Origin: Nitrososphaeria archaeon
GTDB lineage: Archaea > Thermoproteota > Nitrososphaeria > Nitrososphaerales > JAAOZN01
Assembly: GCA_029775855.1 (NCBI GenBank)
Contig: JARVJZ010000004.1
Span: forward strand, 64,001 to 128,000
Reading direction: 5' to 3'
Length of the DNA: 64,000 bases
The translations under genes were made by a program, and so were the position numbers. Below the pieces are notes generated by a model that searched no databases, was not told the origin of the DNA, and saw only the letters and a program-made list of their open reading frames with translations. Positions 19,240 through 29,111 of this stretch are shown here, piece after piece (positions within the stretch are counted from its first letter, which is position 1; the number at the start of each line of letters is the position of its first letter).

Positions 19240-20027
19240 CTATTTCAATAGCAGTTACTGGGAAAGGTGGAGTGGGTAAGACTACCATAGCAGCCCTACT
19301 AGTCAAAACTATCCACGATAAAACTGGTGAAATAGTGTTAGCAGTCGACGCAGACCCAAACTCAAACCTACATGAGGCTCTAGGTGTAAAGGCGGGTAAG
19401 AGCATAGGGGATATACGCGAAGAACTGCTAAAACTAGGAGAACAAATACCCCCGGAGCAGGGAAAGGCAGATTATCTCGAAGGATTGATAGAAGGCGCTA
19501 CTGTAGAAGGCGAAGGTTTCGACTTAATCAGCATGGGTAGGCCAGAAGGACCAGGCTGCTACTGCTACGTTAACCATCTGCTTAGAAAGGTGCTTGATAA
19601 AGTTAGTGAAAGATATAAGTTTGTGGTTATAGATGCTGAGGCTGGATTAGAGCACTTCAGCAGACGCACTACTAGAGATGTTGATATTCTTATTGTGGTC
19701 TCAGACCCTACTGCACGTGGATTTATGACGGCTAAGAGGGTTAAGGAACTTGTGTCTGAGCTTAACACAAAGTTTGGAAAGATGTATATGGTGGTCAACC
19801 GAGTGCCTCAGAGCTTCGCTGACAAGGTTGCCGAAGAGGCTGCTAAAGTAGGAATAGAATGCATAGCACTTATACCTGAAGATGAATTAGTAGCGGAGTT
19901 CGACTTAGCGGGCAAACCTCTGACATCACTACCACCAGACTCTAAAGCATACCAAGCAATTCAAAAGATTGTCGAGAAGCTACCGCTTAAAGAAGCGGAG
20001 CAGACGCTCTGGTGGCAGAAGATTTGA
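19236..20027 (+). CDS. cooC: CooC/AcsF nickel-insertion ATPase
   Basis: GKGGVGKT, DADPNSNL, MGRPEGPGCYC, DAEAGLEH. Confidence 0.92.
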   Translation: MTISIAVTGKGGVGKTTIAALLVKTIHDKTGEIVLAVDADPNSNLHEALGVKAGKSIGDIREELLKLGEQIPPEQGKADYLEGLIEGATVEGEGFDLISMGRPEGPGCYCYVNHLLRKVLDKVSERYKFVVIDAEAGLEHFSRRTTRDVDILIVVSDPTARGFMTAKRVKELVSELNTKFGKMYMVVNRVPQSFADKVAEEAAKVGIECIALIPEDELVAEFDLAGKPLTSLPPDSKAYQAIQKIVEKLPLKEAEQTLWWQKI

Positions 20028-20818
20028 AGATAGCAGTAGCGGGTAAAGGTGGTGTAGGCAAGACCACAGTGAGCGGCGTATTAGCGAGGGCGATGGCACG
20101 CCGTGGGTATAAGGTTCTTGCAATAGATGCTGACCCCGCGATGAACCTATGGCTATCTTTAGGTGTGCCAAAGTCAGCCTTGACCAACATTACACCCTTA
20201 TCTGAAAATGATAACCTAATAGAAGAACGCACTGGTGCAAGACCCGGATCCATAGGTGGAGTCTTCAGCTTAACACCTAAAGTTAGTGACCTCACTGACA
20301 AATATGGTATCACGGGTCCTGATGGTGTTACCCTTCTGGTATTAGGTACGGTTAAGTCTGCTGGTGGAGGATGTATGTGCCCAGCTAACGCTCTTCTTAA
20401 AGCGCTTCTACGCCACCTTCTATTAGATAGAGAAGATGTTGTTGTGTTAGATATGGAGGCTGGGTTAGAGCATCTAGGTAGGGGTGTTGTAAAGGGTGTT
20501 GATGTACTTCTGGCTGTGGTTGAGCCTAGCTATAGATCTATTGAGACAGCCTTCAGAGTGAAGAAGTTGGCGCAAGACCTTGGTGTTAAGCGCGTTTATG
20601 TGATTGGTAATAAGATTAGTCGGGATGAAGAAGCCTTTTTTGTTAAGAGTGAGACAGAGAAGCTAGGGATGAATCTTTTAGCCAATATCCCCTTAGACCA
20701 AGCTATACCTGCTGCTGAAATGGCTGCGCTGTCACCCATAGACTACGCCCCAGCCTCACCGGCGGTAAAAGCGATTGAAGGTCTAACTCACCGTCTTAAG
20801 GAGATAATAGCTAGCTGA
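20012..20818 (+). CDS. cooC: Second CooC-family nickel-insertion ATPase
   Basis: GKGGVGKT, DADP, GGGCMCP, DMEAGLEHLGRG. Confidence 0.92.
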   Translation: MAEDLKIAVAGKGGVGKTTVSGVLARAMARRGYKVLAIDADPAMNLWLSLGVPKSALTNITPLSENDNLIEERTGARPGSIGGVFSLTPKVSDLTDKYGITGPDGVTLLVLGTVKSAGGGCMCPANALLKALLRHLLLDREDVVVLDMEAGLEHLGRGVVKGVDVLLAVVEPSYRSIETAFRVKKLAQDLGVKRVYVIGNKISRDEEAFFVKSETEKLGMNLLANIPLDQAIPAAEMAALSPIDYAPASPAVKAIEGLTHRLKEIIAS

Positions 20819-20820
20819 AC

Positions 20821-21846
20821 ATGCCTATGCAGCAAGCTAGGGAAGGAGACTTCATAGAACTCGACGAATACTCTATCTTCGAAGTAAAGGGTCTAAGCCA
20901 CCCATCTTATGGAGTGATAGCGTATCCACGCTACCTACCTAGCGAGAGAGGGGTGAGGATAAGATGTGGCAGAAGGTATCTGAGGCTTTACACCTTTGAA
21001 GAGAGGGAGAAGGTGCTTAAAGGGAGGTTCGCGCAATACTACACCTTTAACCCCTACTACAATAGACTGCTGCCTATAATACCTTGGGGCAGAGTTCAAA
21101 GACACTTCAAACCACAAGATATGGTTAGAGTGTTAAGAGCATCACACAATCTTGCTGGTTTAAGACTAAAGGTGCTGGAGTTCATCGAATATATCTCCAG
21201 AGAAGCGGATGTGCCAACAGATAACCTTGGTATATCAGGCTCCATTTTGCTTGGGTTAGAAGAAGAGAACTCTGACATAGACTTAATCGTGTACGGTCTG
21301 AAAGAATCAGCAAAGGTTAGGGAAGCAATCTTAAACGCTATGGCTGAAGGAAGCGTTTTACGGACTCTCACAGAAGAGAGGCTAAAAGAGCTCTATCTAT
21401 TCAGATCAAGGGATACGGCTATGCGCTATGAAGATTTTAAAAGGGTTGAGCAGAGGAAGAGCAACCAAGGTCTCTTTAAAGATACACTCTTCTTCGTCAG
21501 ATATCTTAGAGAGTGGAGCGAGGTAGAGGAGCGGTATGGTGAATATTCGATTCGAAGATTAGGATACGGTAAGATATATGCTAAAGTTGCTGACGCAAAT
21601 GAAGCACATATGTGCCCCGCAATCTACATCCTAAAAGATGTTACCTTGCTCTCAGGTCCGAGCTGGACAACTATAGATAGGCTAATTACGTGGCGAGGTA
21701 GGTTTGCTGAACAAGCATCTGAAGGCGAAGCTATCGTTGCGCAAGGATTTATGGAGGAAGTATTATTTAGAGATAGAGTGGTTAAGCAGATGGTGGTAGG
21801 TGAAGAGCGCTATGACACCATCCTACCAAAGTGGCGAGAATTATAA
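20821..21846 (+). CDS. Archaeal Pol-beta-superfamily nucleotidyltransferase
   Basis: GISGSILLG...SDIDL motif; N-terminal FEVKGLSHP...YPRY. Confidence 0.75.
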   Translation: MPMQQAREGDFIELDEYSIFEVKGLSHPSYGVIAYPRYLPSERGVRIRCGRRYLRLYTFEEREKVLKGRFAQYYTFNPYYNRLLPIIPWGRVQRHFKPQDMVRVLRASHNLAGLRLKVLEFIEYISREADVPTDNLGISGSILLGLEEENSDIDLIVYGLKESAKVREAILNAMAEGSVLRTLTEERLKELYLFRSRDTAMRYEDFKRVEQRKSNQGLFKDTLFFVRYLREWSEVEERYGEYSIRRLGYGKIYAKVADANEAHMCPAIYILKDVTLLSGPSWTTIDRLITWRGRFAEQASEGEAIVAQGFMEEVLFRDRVVKQMVVGEERYDTILPKWREL

Positions 21847-21849
21847 AGC

Positions 21850-23118
21850 CTAAATGTTTTTGAATGTTAATATGCGTTCATACAGATCTAAATTGTCTCT
21901 AACACCCCTCTCTAAGCTATAATGCTGTTCGTAAATAGCCCTTCCCCTTTCTCCTAACCTCCTTCTAAGAGCGTCGTTCGAAAGCAGTGTTAAAAGTGCT
22001 TCAGAAAGCTGCTTCACATCCCCGGGCTTAACAAGATAACCATTGACACCAGGCCAGATCTGCATCATTATACCTCCTGTAGCTGAGCCTATCACGGGTT
22101 TGCTAAAAGCCATCCCTTCGGTGACCGTTAATCCAAAGCCCTCTTTAAGTGAAGGTAGCACTACAACATCACATTCTTCGTATGCTTGCATCAATTCGCT
22201 TCTAGAAACGCTTCCAGCGAATATTACTGTGGAGTGTAAGCCCAACTCTTCTACGAGGTTTCTTAAATACTGCTCATAGACCTTCTTCTCGCTTGTCTTC
22301 AGAACATCCTTGGTCATGGAGCCGTTTCCGATAAATACACATTTAATCTTTGGAAAAGCTTTGACAACCTTTGGCAGTGCTCTTAGTAGCCTATCTTGAC
22401 CCTTTAAGGGGTCGATTCTTGCCACGCATAAAATGATCTTTTCATCTAAACCTATTCCATATTTCCTTCGAAAGTCATTTTTTTGAGGCTTCTCGACTGT
22501 CCCAAATGGATTTATGCATGTAATTTTGTTCCAAGATAAGCCGTGTTCAATAGCATTTGCCACATATGCCCTTGTAGAGAACACCACATTATCATATTCA
22601 GCCATATAGTTGATGACAAAATCCAACCAAACTTTAGGCGTCTCTTCTATAAAAGGGATATGCCAAGTGAAGATCTTAGGTACCTTAAGATCTTTTAACA
22701 ACCAAGCAAGTGGTAGCACCTGATAATCATGGACGTGTAAAATATCGAATGGCTCCTTAGCGTATACTTCTCTTACTCTTTCGGCAAAATGTAAGTTGAC
22801 TGTTAAGTATTCGTTGAATCCGTAGAGGTGTCTGTTTATCAACTTCTCCTCTGATTTCTCTACACCGTGGAAGACCTTTGAAATGAGATCTTTGAATCTT
22901 GTATAACCTTCCATAACCCTTTGCTCTAAATCCTCCTTTGGAGCGCGATAGACCTTTATAGATTCAATCTCATCCTCAATCGATACATCTTTTGGCCTAA
23001 GATGTATTACAGATAGCTTATGTCCTAATTCGTAGCATCGCCGACCAAGCCACAGAAGATAGTATGAAACTCCTCCAGTATAGGGGAAGAAAGATTGGCT
23101 AACCGTGCATATCTTCAT
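21850..23118 (-). CDS. Glycosyltransferase family 4 (TreT-like)
   Basis: HVHDYQ, FTWHIP, VARIDPLKGQ, PSLKEGFGLTVTEGM. Confidence 0.88.
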   Translation of the reverse strand: MKICTVSQSFFPYTGGVSYYLLWLGRRCYELGHKLSVIHLRPKDVSIEDEIESIKVYRAPKEDLEQRVMEGYTRFKDLISKVFHGVEKSEEKLINRHLYGFNEYLTVNLHFAERVREVYAKEPFDILHVHDYQVLPLAWLLKDLKVPKIFTWHIPFIEETPKVWLDFVINYMAEYDNVVFSTRAYVANAIEHGLSWNKITCINPFGTVEKPQKNDFRRKYGIGLDEKIILCVARIDPLKGQDRLLRALPKVVKAFPKIKCVFIGNGSMTKDVLKTSEKKVYEQYLRNLVEELGLHSTVIFAGSVSRSELMQAYEECDVVVLPSLKEGFGLTVTEGMAFSKPVIGSATGGIMMQIWPGVNGYLVKPGDVKQLSEALLTLLSNDALRRRLGERGRAIYEQHYSLERGVRDNLDLYERILTFKNI

Positions 23119-23127
23119 CCCAAAGAT

Positions 23128-25062
23128 TCAACTCCGAATCTTAAGAGAGAAACTTTCATACCACTTCTTATCCGTCTTAGGTAAAATGAAGTCGGAGAGT
23201 ATAGCTATTACCTTATCTGCATCACGCGTAGAGAGCCAGCCGCGGAGCTTTAGTTGACCAAGTCCTTCTAAAAGGGTTGTAAGAAAATCGTGGTTTCTGA
23301 GCAGGTTGAGCCGAGCGCATGAGTTAAGCACCTCTTCTTCAAAAGAGTAGTTTTGCTTCATCACCTCATAGAGTCGCTCCTTCACTACTCGGTCAAAGCT
23401 CTTTAGCATTATCTCTAAAGATAACTTCTTTGACCAAGGTGTTTTGTAGACTTGTTTGACCTTTATGGGTGTGTATAGTGAATATCGACGCTCAGTTAAC
23501 GTCTCAAAGCATACCAAGTAGAGGGGGATCTGGATTAAAGTAGGTGCTTCAAGCTCAAGGCTCTTAGGAAGATATATTGCCGCGCCGTAGAAACTATGGA
23601 TGAAAGACCTTTTCAATTCGATTAGTCTTTCTACTTGCGCGGTAATCTCATTACTTCTCCATCTAATTTCATCAATTCTTCTTCTAAGCGCCTCAAGCCT
23701 AATTGCCATCTCAAGCTGTAGAGCAGCAATCTTTAATCTTACCTCATCAGACTTCAGCCTATACTCTCTATCAACCCTAAGGATCTCATCATGTCTCCTC
23801 TTTTTGAAATCCTCTATTTGATGAGGAATGCTTGCAAGCTGCGCCTTATTCTCTACAGTCGATGCATCAAGGTCTTTAATAGCCTTCTCTATATCAGAGA
23901 TCTGCTTGTTTAAGTTAACTATCTCTTCTTGAAGTCTTAAGCGTTTTTCATCCTCATCGCCAAGTTCCTTCTTCAATCTTAAGATAACTTCGTTAACCCT
24001 ATTTATCTCTAGGCTGAGCTTTGATAAGCGTTCTCTTGTCACGCTCAGCTCGGATGCAACGCCTTTTTGTTCCTCCGCTAACCCTTCTAAACGGATCTGC
24101 TCCATCTTTAAGTTTTCAAGTTTAAGCAATTGTTCTTCAATTTCGTTGGATATTTCGTTTCGTCTACTCTGTGGCGCATTCAGCTGTTTTAGTAAAGCTT
24201 CTCTCGACTGTTGTAGTGTTTTAAGCATTTTAAGACATTCGCTCCGCTTTTGTTGAAGCTGTTGTATTTCGCTTTGCAGCCTTTGCTGCTCGTTTAGCAG
24301 AGATTTAACCTCTTCATCCATCTTTTTCTCAAGCTCAGACACCTTCGATTGATACATCACCCTTAAGTCTTCTAGTTTAGCGGTTACTCTCGCTTCTTCT
24401 ATTAGCGTCTGATACTCTTTCTGAATCTTCTCAGATTCCTCCTTAAGCTTATTCACCCATTCGCTTGTTAAAGCTGTAAGTTTTTTCCTAACAGAGCCGA
24501 GAGCCTCGATCTCTGCTTCAGCCTCCCTTAACATCTTTACGAAGGTTGAGACTTGTTGCCAAGAAACTTTAGGGCTTAGCGAGAGTGCATTAACTACAGA
24601 TTCCTTCTTATAATGAAGGATGTATCTTTGCAGTTCGGAGACCAAATCTTTATTCGAAATAAGGCTGAGTATAAACGGTCTAGAAGCTTTAACACTAAAG
24701 AATGTAAAAGTATGCCTCCTTAAAGTATCAAGGTATTCTTCACCAGACCTCGACCTTTCAAGATCTTCGACAAAATCCTCAAAGCTTTGAAGTTCATCAT
24801 AACAGAACGCTTGAGGAAAGAGCTCAAGGGCATCAATAACCAGACCCTTTCCATCCTTCCAAGGAGTGATCCAAGCAGAGTAGTAGATTTTAGATACAAG
24901 GGCGATCTTTGAGGCGTATCTAGATTTCTTAAATAGACGTTTACACTCTTGCTCAAGGAAAAGGAAGAATAGAGCAGATTCTACGTCTTTTGTGAACCCT
25001 TTTATCCATCCCTTCTTATCTTCGTCAAGCGCATATGGTAGTATAATCGGTGTTTCCTCCAA
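23128..25062 (-). CDS. Large coiled-coil protein with globular N- and C-termini
   Basis: 644 aa; long heptad-rich E/K/Q/L central region; no Walker motifs seen. Confidence 0.75.
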   Translation of the reverse strand: MEETPIILPYALDEDKKGWIKGFTKDVESALFFLFLEQECKRLFKKSRYASKIALVSKIYYSAWITPWKDGKGLVIDALELFPQAFCYDELQSFEDFVEDLERSRSGEEYLDTLRRHTFTFFSVKASRPFILSLISNKDLVSELQRYILHYKKESVVNALSLSPKVSWQQVSTFVKMLREAEAEIEALGSVRKKLTALTSEWVNKLKEESEKIQKEYQTLIEEARVTAKLEDLRVMYQSKVSELEKKMDEEVKSLLNEQQRLQSEIQQLQQKRSECLKMLKTLQQSREALLKQLNAPQSRRNEISNEIEEQLLKLENLKMEQIRLEGLAEEQKGVASELSVTRERLSKLSLEINRVNEVILRLKKELGDEDEKRLRLQEEIVNLNKQISDIEKAIKDLDASTVENKAQLASIPHQIEDFKKRRHDEILRVDREYRLKSDEVRLKIAALQLEMAIRLEALRRRIDEIRWRSNEITAQVERLIELKRSFIHSFYGAAIYLPKSLELEAPTLIQIPLYLVCFETLTERRYSLYTPIKVKQVYKTPWSKKLSLEIMLKSFDRVVKERLYEVMKQNYSFEEEVLNSCARLNLLRNHDFLTTLLEGLGQLKLRGWLSTRDADKVIAILSDFILPKTDKKWYESFSLKIRS

Positions 25063-25235
25063 TACTAAAAGCCTCTATTTGCCTTCTTAGAAGGGCTGAG
25101 CTAATAAGGTTTTCCTGAACAATGTAAAGCTCTCTATAAAACTCATCATTGTTGTAAAGAGTCTACCTTAGGACACTCACACTTGATGAATGGAAAGCTT
25201 AAAGTTTAATAGCGGATTTTCGTAGCCTGAGGTAT

Positions 25236-25520
25236 ATGAGTGAAGAGGAGGCCGAAGAGAGCGTCTTCCACAAGAAGCTCAAGGTAAAGTTAAAGGCTAA
25301 AGGTAAGGAGGGGAAGATCATCTTCCTCAAAGAATATCTTGAGTTCCTCCTTAAAAACAACCGCACTCTACCACCAGACTTTCCTACCTTCTGCAGAGAA
25401 GTTATGGGGTTGGATGAGAGAAACGGCACCATTCACATAAAGATATGGAATGAAAGAAATGAGCTAGTAGAATTTGTGAGATCCATGAACTACGATTATA
25501 GGATAGATCAGTATGACTGA
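25236..25520 (+). CDS. Hypothetical protein overlapping the fae-hps start
   Basis: 94-aa ORF, GAGG RBS, 8-nt overlap with the next gene. Confidence 0.6.
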   Translation: MSEEEAEESVFHKKLKVKLKAKGKEGKIIFLKEYLEFLLKNNRTLPPDFPTFCREVMGLDERNGTIHIKIWNERNELVEFVRSMNYDYRIDQYD

Positions 25521-26697
25521 CTTTCTGGTAGGAGAAGCGTTAATAGGTGAAGAGCCTGAAGTAGCACATATAGACCTCATCATAGGTAGTAAGAACGGCC
25601 CAGCGGGTCAAGCCTTCGCAAACGCTCTAGCACAACCAAGGCTTGGACATACCCCCATACTCGCAGTGATCAGACCAAACCTACCTACTAAACCCTCAAC
25701 CCTCATAGTTCCAAAGGTTACCATAAGAGATCTTGAAGACGCTGAAAAGGTCTTTGGACCTGCACAGAGCGCAGTCGCTAAAGCTGTTGCTGACGCCGTT
25801 GAAGAGGGTATCATACCTAAGGAGCGAGCTGAAGATTATGTAGTTATAGTTTCTGTCTTCATTCACCCAAAAGGGAAGGACTATCAGCGAATTTACAGAT
25901 ATAATTACGCTGCAACTAAACTAGCACTCCAGAGGGCTTTGACAAACTTCCCAGATATAGATAAAGTTTTAGAGGAGAAGGATAAAGCGATACACGGCAT
26001 GGTGGGCTTTAGAATAAACAACCTTAAGAAGCCTCCTTACTTAGAAGTTGCTTTAGATATCCCAGATTGGAGGCGTGTTGAAGCTATAATCAAAGCGCTG
26101 CCTAGAAGCGATGCAATAGTTTTAGAGGCAGGTACACCATTAATCAAAAGATATGGTGTTGAAGTTATTCAAAAGATTCATCAGCTTAGACCCGAATCTG
26201 TTGTAATCGCTGATATGAAGACGCTTGATGTGGGAAATATTGAAGCAAGAATGGCTGGGGACGCTACCGCAGATGTCGTAGGTTTCTCAGCGCTCGCACC
26301 CATAAAGACGATAGAGCGGTTTATAGACGAATGCAAAAAGATCGGCACACTATCACTTATGGACACCATAAACGTTCCGAACCCAATAGAGGTACTCAAG
26401 AAGCTGAAGGTGAAGCCTGATATCGTCGAGATCCATAGGGCTATAGACGTCGAAGACGAAGCATACGCGTGGGGCAACATCAAAGAAATAAGAGAAGTCT
26501 GCGGCAAAGTATTGATAGCGGTTGCAGGTGGAATAAGGCTTGAAAGTGTAGAAGCGGCGTTAAAGGCTGGCGCGGACATCCTTGTAGTTGGCAGAGCGAT
26601 AACAGCAGCCAAAGATGTTACTGGTGCGGCAAGAGCGTTTCTCCAAAAGATGGGTGTCGAAGAAGTAGACCAATTCAGAGTTATGACAGACTTCTAA
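25513..26697 (+). CDS. fae-hps: Bifunctional formaldehyde-activating enzyme / 3-hexulose-6-phosphate synthase
   Basis: Fae: VGEAL...EVAHIDL, GHT, FGPAQ, NYAAT; Hps: [31 protein letters not shown]. Confidence 0.95.
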   Translation: MTDFLVGEALIGEEPEVAHIDLIIGSKNGPAGQAFANALAQPRLGHTPILAVIRPNLPTKPSTLIVPKVTIRDLEDAEKVFGPAQSAVAKAVADAVEEGIIPKERAEDYVVIVSVFIHPKGKDYQRIYRYNYAATKLALQRALTNFPDIDKVLEEKDKAIHGMVGFRINNLKKPPYLEVALDIPDWRRVEAIIKALPRSDAIVLEAGTPLIKRYGVEVIQKIHQLRPESVVIADMKTLDVGNIEARMAGDATADVVGFSALAPIKTIERFIDECKKIGTLSLMDTINVPNPIEVLKKLKVKPDIVEIHRAIDVEDEAYAWGNIKEIREVCGKVLIAVAGGIRLESVEAALKAGADILVVGRAITAAKDVTGAARAFLQKMGVEEVDQFRVMTDF

Positions 26698-26727
26698 ATC
26701 ACATCACTCATAACCGTTAAGCATCAT

Positions 26728-26928
26728 CTACTTTATTCGAGCCACTAATGTGATTAATCCTGACACTGCTAGCAAGGCTGAAATTAGGTAAAATGTAGAT
26801 GCTACAGAAGGATGAAGTGGAGTAGTTGCTGTAAGATATGCGGTCAACAGCCCCATAACTACGAAGATCAACGCAATCAGCTTAATTAATATATTCATTC
26901 TTGAGCGGTAGATCTCTTTCTTCTCCAT
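26728..26928 (-). CDS. Small two-TM membrane protein
   Basis: 66 aa from ATG 26928; two hydrophobic helices (3' part of the ORF-track 159-aa ORF). Confidence 0.55.
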   Translation of the reverse strand: MEKKEIYRSRMNILIKLIALIFVVMGLLTAYLTATTPLHPSVASTFYLISALLAVSGLITLVARIK

Positions 26929-27040
26929 ATGCCGACTACACCCTATACTGATACTCTTCTTATTCCTTTCTATAATATTTAACTTTAGGCTGATTCGAAC
27001 TAAAAGCTTAAGATAGCCTCTAACCCAATATAATACTGAA

Positions 27041-27541
27041 ATGCCTAAAGATGGCTGGGCGGCTTTATACAGAAAATTATCTTTAGTAAATGCGGTAGTG
27101 GCATCAATATGGACGATAATACTTCTACTGCGGATTAAACCCTTCTCATATCTACTACCAATAATTGCTGATGGCGGGCCCGGTACTTGGCTTATACTTG
27201 GATACATTCTCTATGTAATAGTAGGGTTCTGCGGCTTTCTAGGGTTTTCAACGTTCTTTTCACATCTTGAAAGAGCGGGTTATGTGGTAAATGATAAGCT
27301 GACCACTTTTGGTGTTGTAGCGCTTTTTGTAGGCTCCACATCAGCCACAGTCCTCTTAGGGTTAGGCGGGGCTTTGGGTGGCTATGCTAGGACTGTGCAA
27401 CACCTACCTCTACATCAAATTCAAGCTATACTAGAGCCGTTCGTCGATGTCATAACCTCTTTCACCATTTTGACGGTTGTAGGTGTTTTAATTAATGTGG
27501 CAGTAATTGCCAGAGCGGAACGGACTCCTAAAGGCGACTAG
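27041..27541 (+). CDS. Four-TM membrane protein, paralog of 28461..28994
   Basis: IIADGGPGTWLILGYILYVIVG shared with the paralog. Confidence 0.75.
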   Translation: MPKDGWAALYRKLSLVNAVVASIWTIILLLRIKPFSYLLPIIADGGPGTWLILGYILYVIVGFCGFLGFSTFFSHLERAGYVVNDKLTTFGVVALFVGSTSATVLLGLGGALGGYARTVQHLPLHQIQAILEPFVDVITSFTILTVVGVLINVAVIARAERTPKGD

Positions 27542-28448
27542 CGTGCACTTCATCTGTAAGAATCTATCTATTATTGCGGTGTTTGCACTTATTTCGCTAA
27601 CCTACTACAATGTGTATGCTGAGATTATCGCTAAAGGGGAGGAAGCTGAACCTTGGGTTGAAGTAAGGCTACCTTGGGCGCTTGGTGTTGTGTTCTCTGA
27701 CGGCACTCTGCTTGAAAATGGTGTTAGATTAGACTGGAGTAAAGTTTCAAATATAACATTAGTCGCAAAACTGCCTAACATAAGCTGGACTGACAACACT
27801 ATATATCTAATTCTCTCAGCAATGAACATATATGGTGAAGTTATACAAGTAGCGGCGGGTCTTAACCCTAATGAGCAGATGTGGCAAGTATACGCCTTCT
27901 ACATAAGCGACATTACACATTATCCTCAAACATATATTTGGATCGCAAACCGCTCTCTGCCGCAGATCATGCCTGGGGAAAGAGTTGCCCTTGCGCTGCA
28001 TCTAATCGAAGATGAGGGTTGGCGTTTTACTGCACAGAACCTTAACACGGGAGATGCATCTAACGGGTTATTTCCAGCCGGTAAAGTTAGACTTAAAAAC
28101 GGAGAGCATGAGGTCTTCGCATTAGAATCATACACCACAAACCCAATTGTGTTCAGGGAGATGGATGAAGCTGTTCTTGAAGGCATCTACGTAGATGGAT
28201 TTAAGATCGTAGGTGAAGGATATCTGCTTGGAGGCTGGGATCCTCTACATAAACCGCTTTTCTTAGTAGGTGGCGGAAACGTACCTGGCTTCATATCGGT
28301 AGTGAAGAGTTCGAACCAATATAAGTGGGTTTACAGCCAAGCCGAATCTTGGGAATCCTCTGTTGCACCGCTCTATGTAGGCTTAGCATATGCATCAGCT
28401 ATAATACTTGTCATAGTATTAGCGGTCGTATTTAAAAAAGAGAAGTGA
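27507..28448 (+). CDS. Exported membrane-anchored beta-rich protein, possible glutamic peptidase (G1/eqolisin-like)
   Basis: Signal-like N-terminus, C-terminal TM plus KKEK; VIQVAAG, IMPGERV, FTAQNLNTG, FALES; true start probably slightly downstream. Confidence 0.5.
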   Translation: MPERNGLLKATSVHFICKNLSIIAVFALISLTYYNVYAEIIAKGEEAEPWVEVRLPWALGVVFSDGTLLENGVRLDWSKVSNITLVAKLPNISWTDNTIYLILSAMNIYGEVIQVAAGLNPNEQMWQVYAFYISDITHYPQTYIWIANRSLPQIMPGERVALALHLIEDEGWRFTAQNLNTGDASNGLFPAGKVRLKNGEHEVFALESYTTNPIVFREMDEAVLEGIYVDGFKIVGEGYLLGGWDPLHKPLFLVGGGNVPGFISVVKSSNQYKWVYSQAESWESSVAPLYVGLAYASAIILVIVLAVVFKKEK

Positions 28449-28460
28449 TTGAAGCTTCAG

Positions 28461-28994
28461 CTACTTCTTTCTAAGGTAGGTAACTATGTAGCCAAATCCA
28501 CCTGCTAAGACGCCAATGCATAAAGCTATTATGAAGTAGCCGATAGGCTCCACATAGCCCGCTATAAGTGGATGCACTTGTCCTGGGTTTGTAATGCCTA
28601 AGCCTCCTAGCTGGGTTGGTTGGAGAGCTTTACCCCCGGTGTAGCCAGCTATCATCAGAAGCCAAGTTGCACCTGCGACCCCAACATTCATAAGTATAAA
28701 GTGAAGGCTTGCCAGCACGTTCCCTAGGCCTTTAAATGGCTTTTTCAAGTTGACTTCGATGTGATGATAGAATAGGCTTGTTACGGCAACGCCTATTACC
28801 CCGACAACGATGTATGTTATGTAGCCTACAAAGAACCATGTTCCAGCGCTGCCTCCAGCTATTATTCTCGATATAGGAGGTGTCACGAAAGGTGCTATGA
28901 TTAGTATTGTCCAAAATAAAGCTCCTGCGCCTTGAGCTACTGCCGCCCATATGAATCTATTTGCCCATTTACTTACGGTAGTTGCTTCGCTCAT
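28461..28994 (-). CDS. Four-TM membrane protein resembling the C-terminal helices of heme-copper oxidase subunit I
   Basis: IIAGGSAGTWFFVGYITY, LASLHFILMNVGV...IAGYTGG; ATG 28994 preferred. Confidence 0.7.
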   Translation of the reverse strand: MSEATTVSKWANRFIWAAVAQGAGALFWTILIIAPFVTPPISRIIAGGSAGTWFFVGYITYIVVGVIGVAVTSLFYHHIEVNLKKPFKGLGNVLASLHFILMNVGVAGATWLLMIAGYTGGKALQPTQLGGLGITNPGQVHPLIAGYVEPIGYFIIALCIGVLAGGFGYIVTYLRKK

Positions 28995-29111
28995 ATATTT
29001 GGTAATGAACTCTATCATGATATAAACATTACTACTATATTTTTTACAAAAATATATAGAATCCCTAAATTCAGGTGTTTCATCCACCAATACTAATTTC
29101 GTGAAATAATT

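Noticed and set aside
23128-25062. SMC/Rad50 ATPase call
   Set aside because: No Walker A/B or ABC signature motifs
25183-25230. TGATGA...CTGA pair resembling a box C/D sRNA
   Set aside because: No convincing internal D'/C' boxes or target; overlaps the TATA and RBS of the downstream gene
26929-27207. 5' part of the ORF-track 159-aa minus-strand ORF
   Set aside because: Antisense overlap with the better-supported gene at 27041 and runs through promoter DNA; only the 66-aa 3' part was kept
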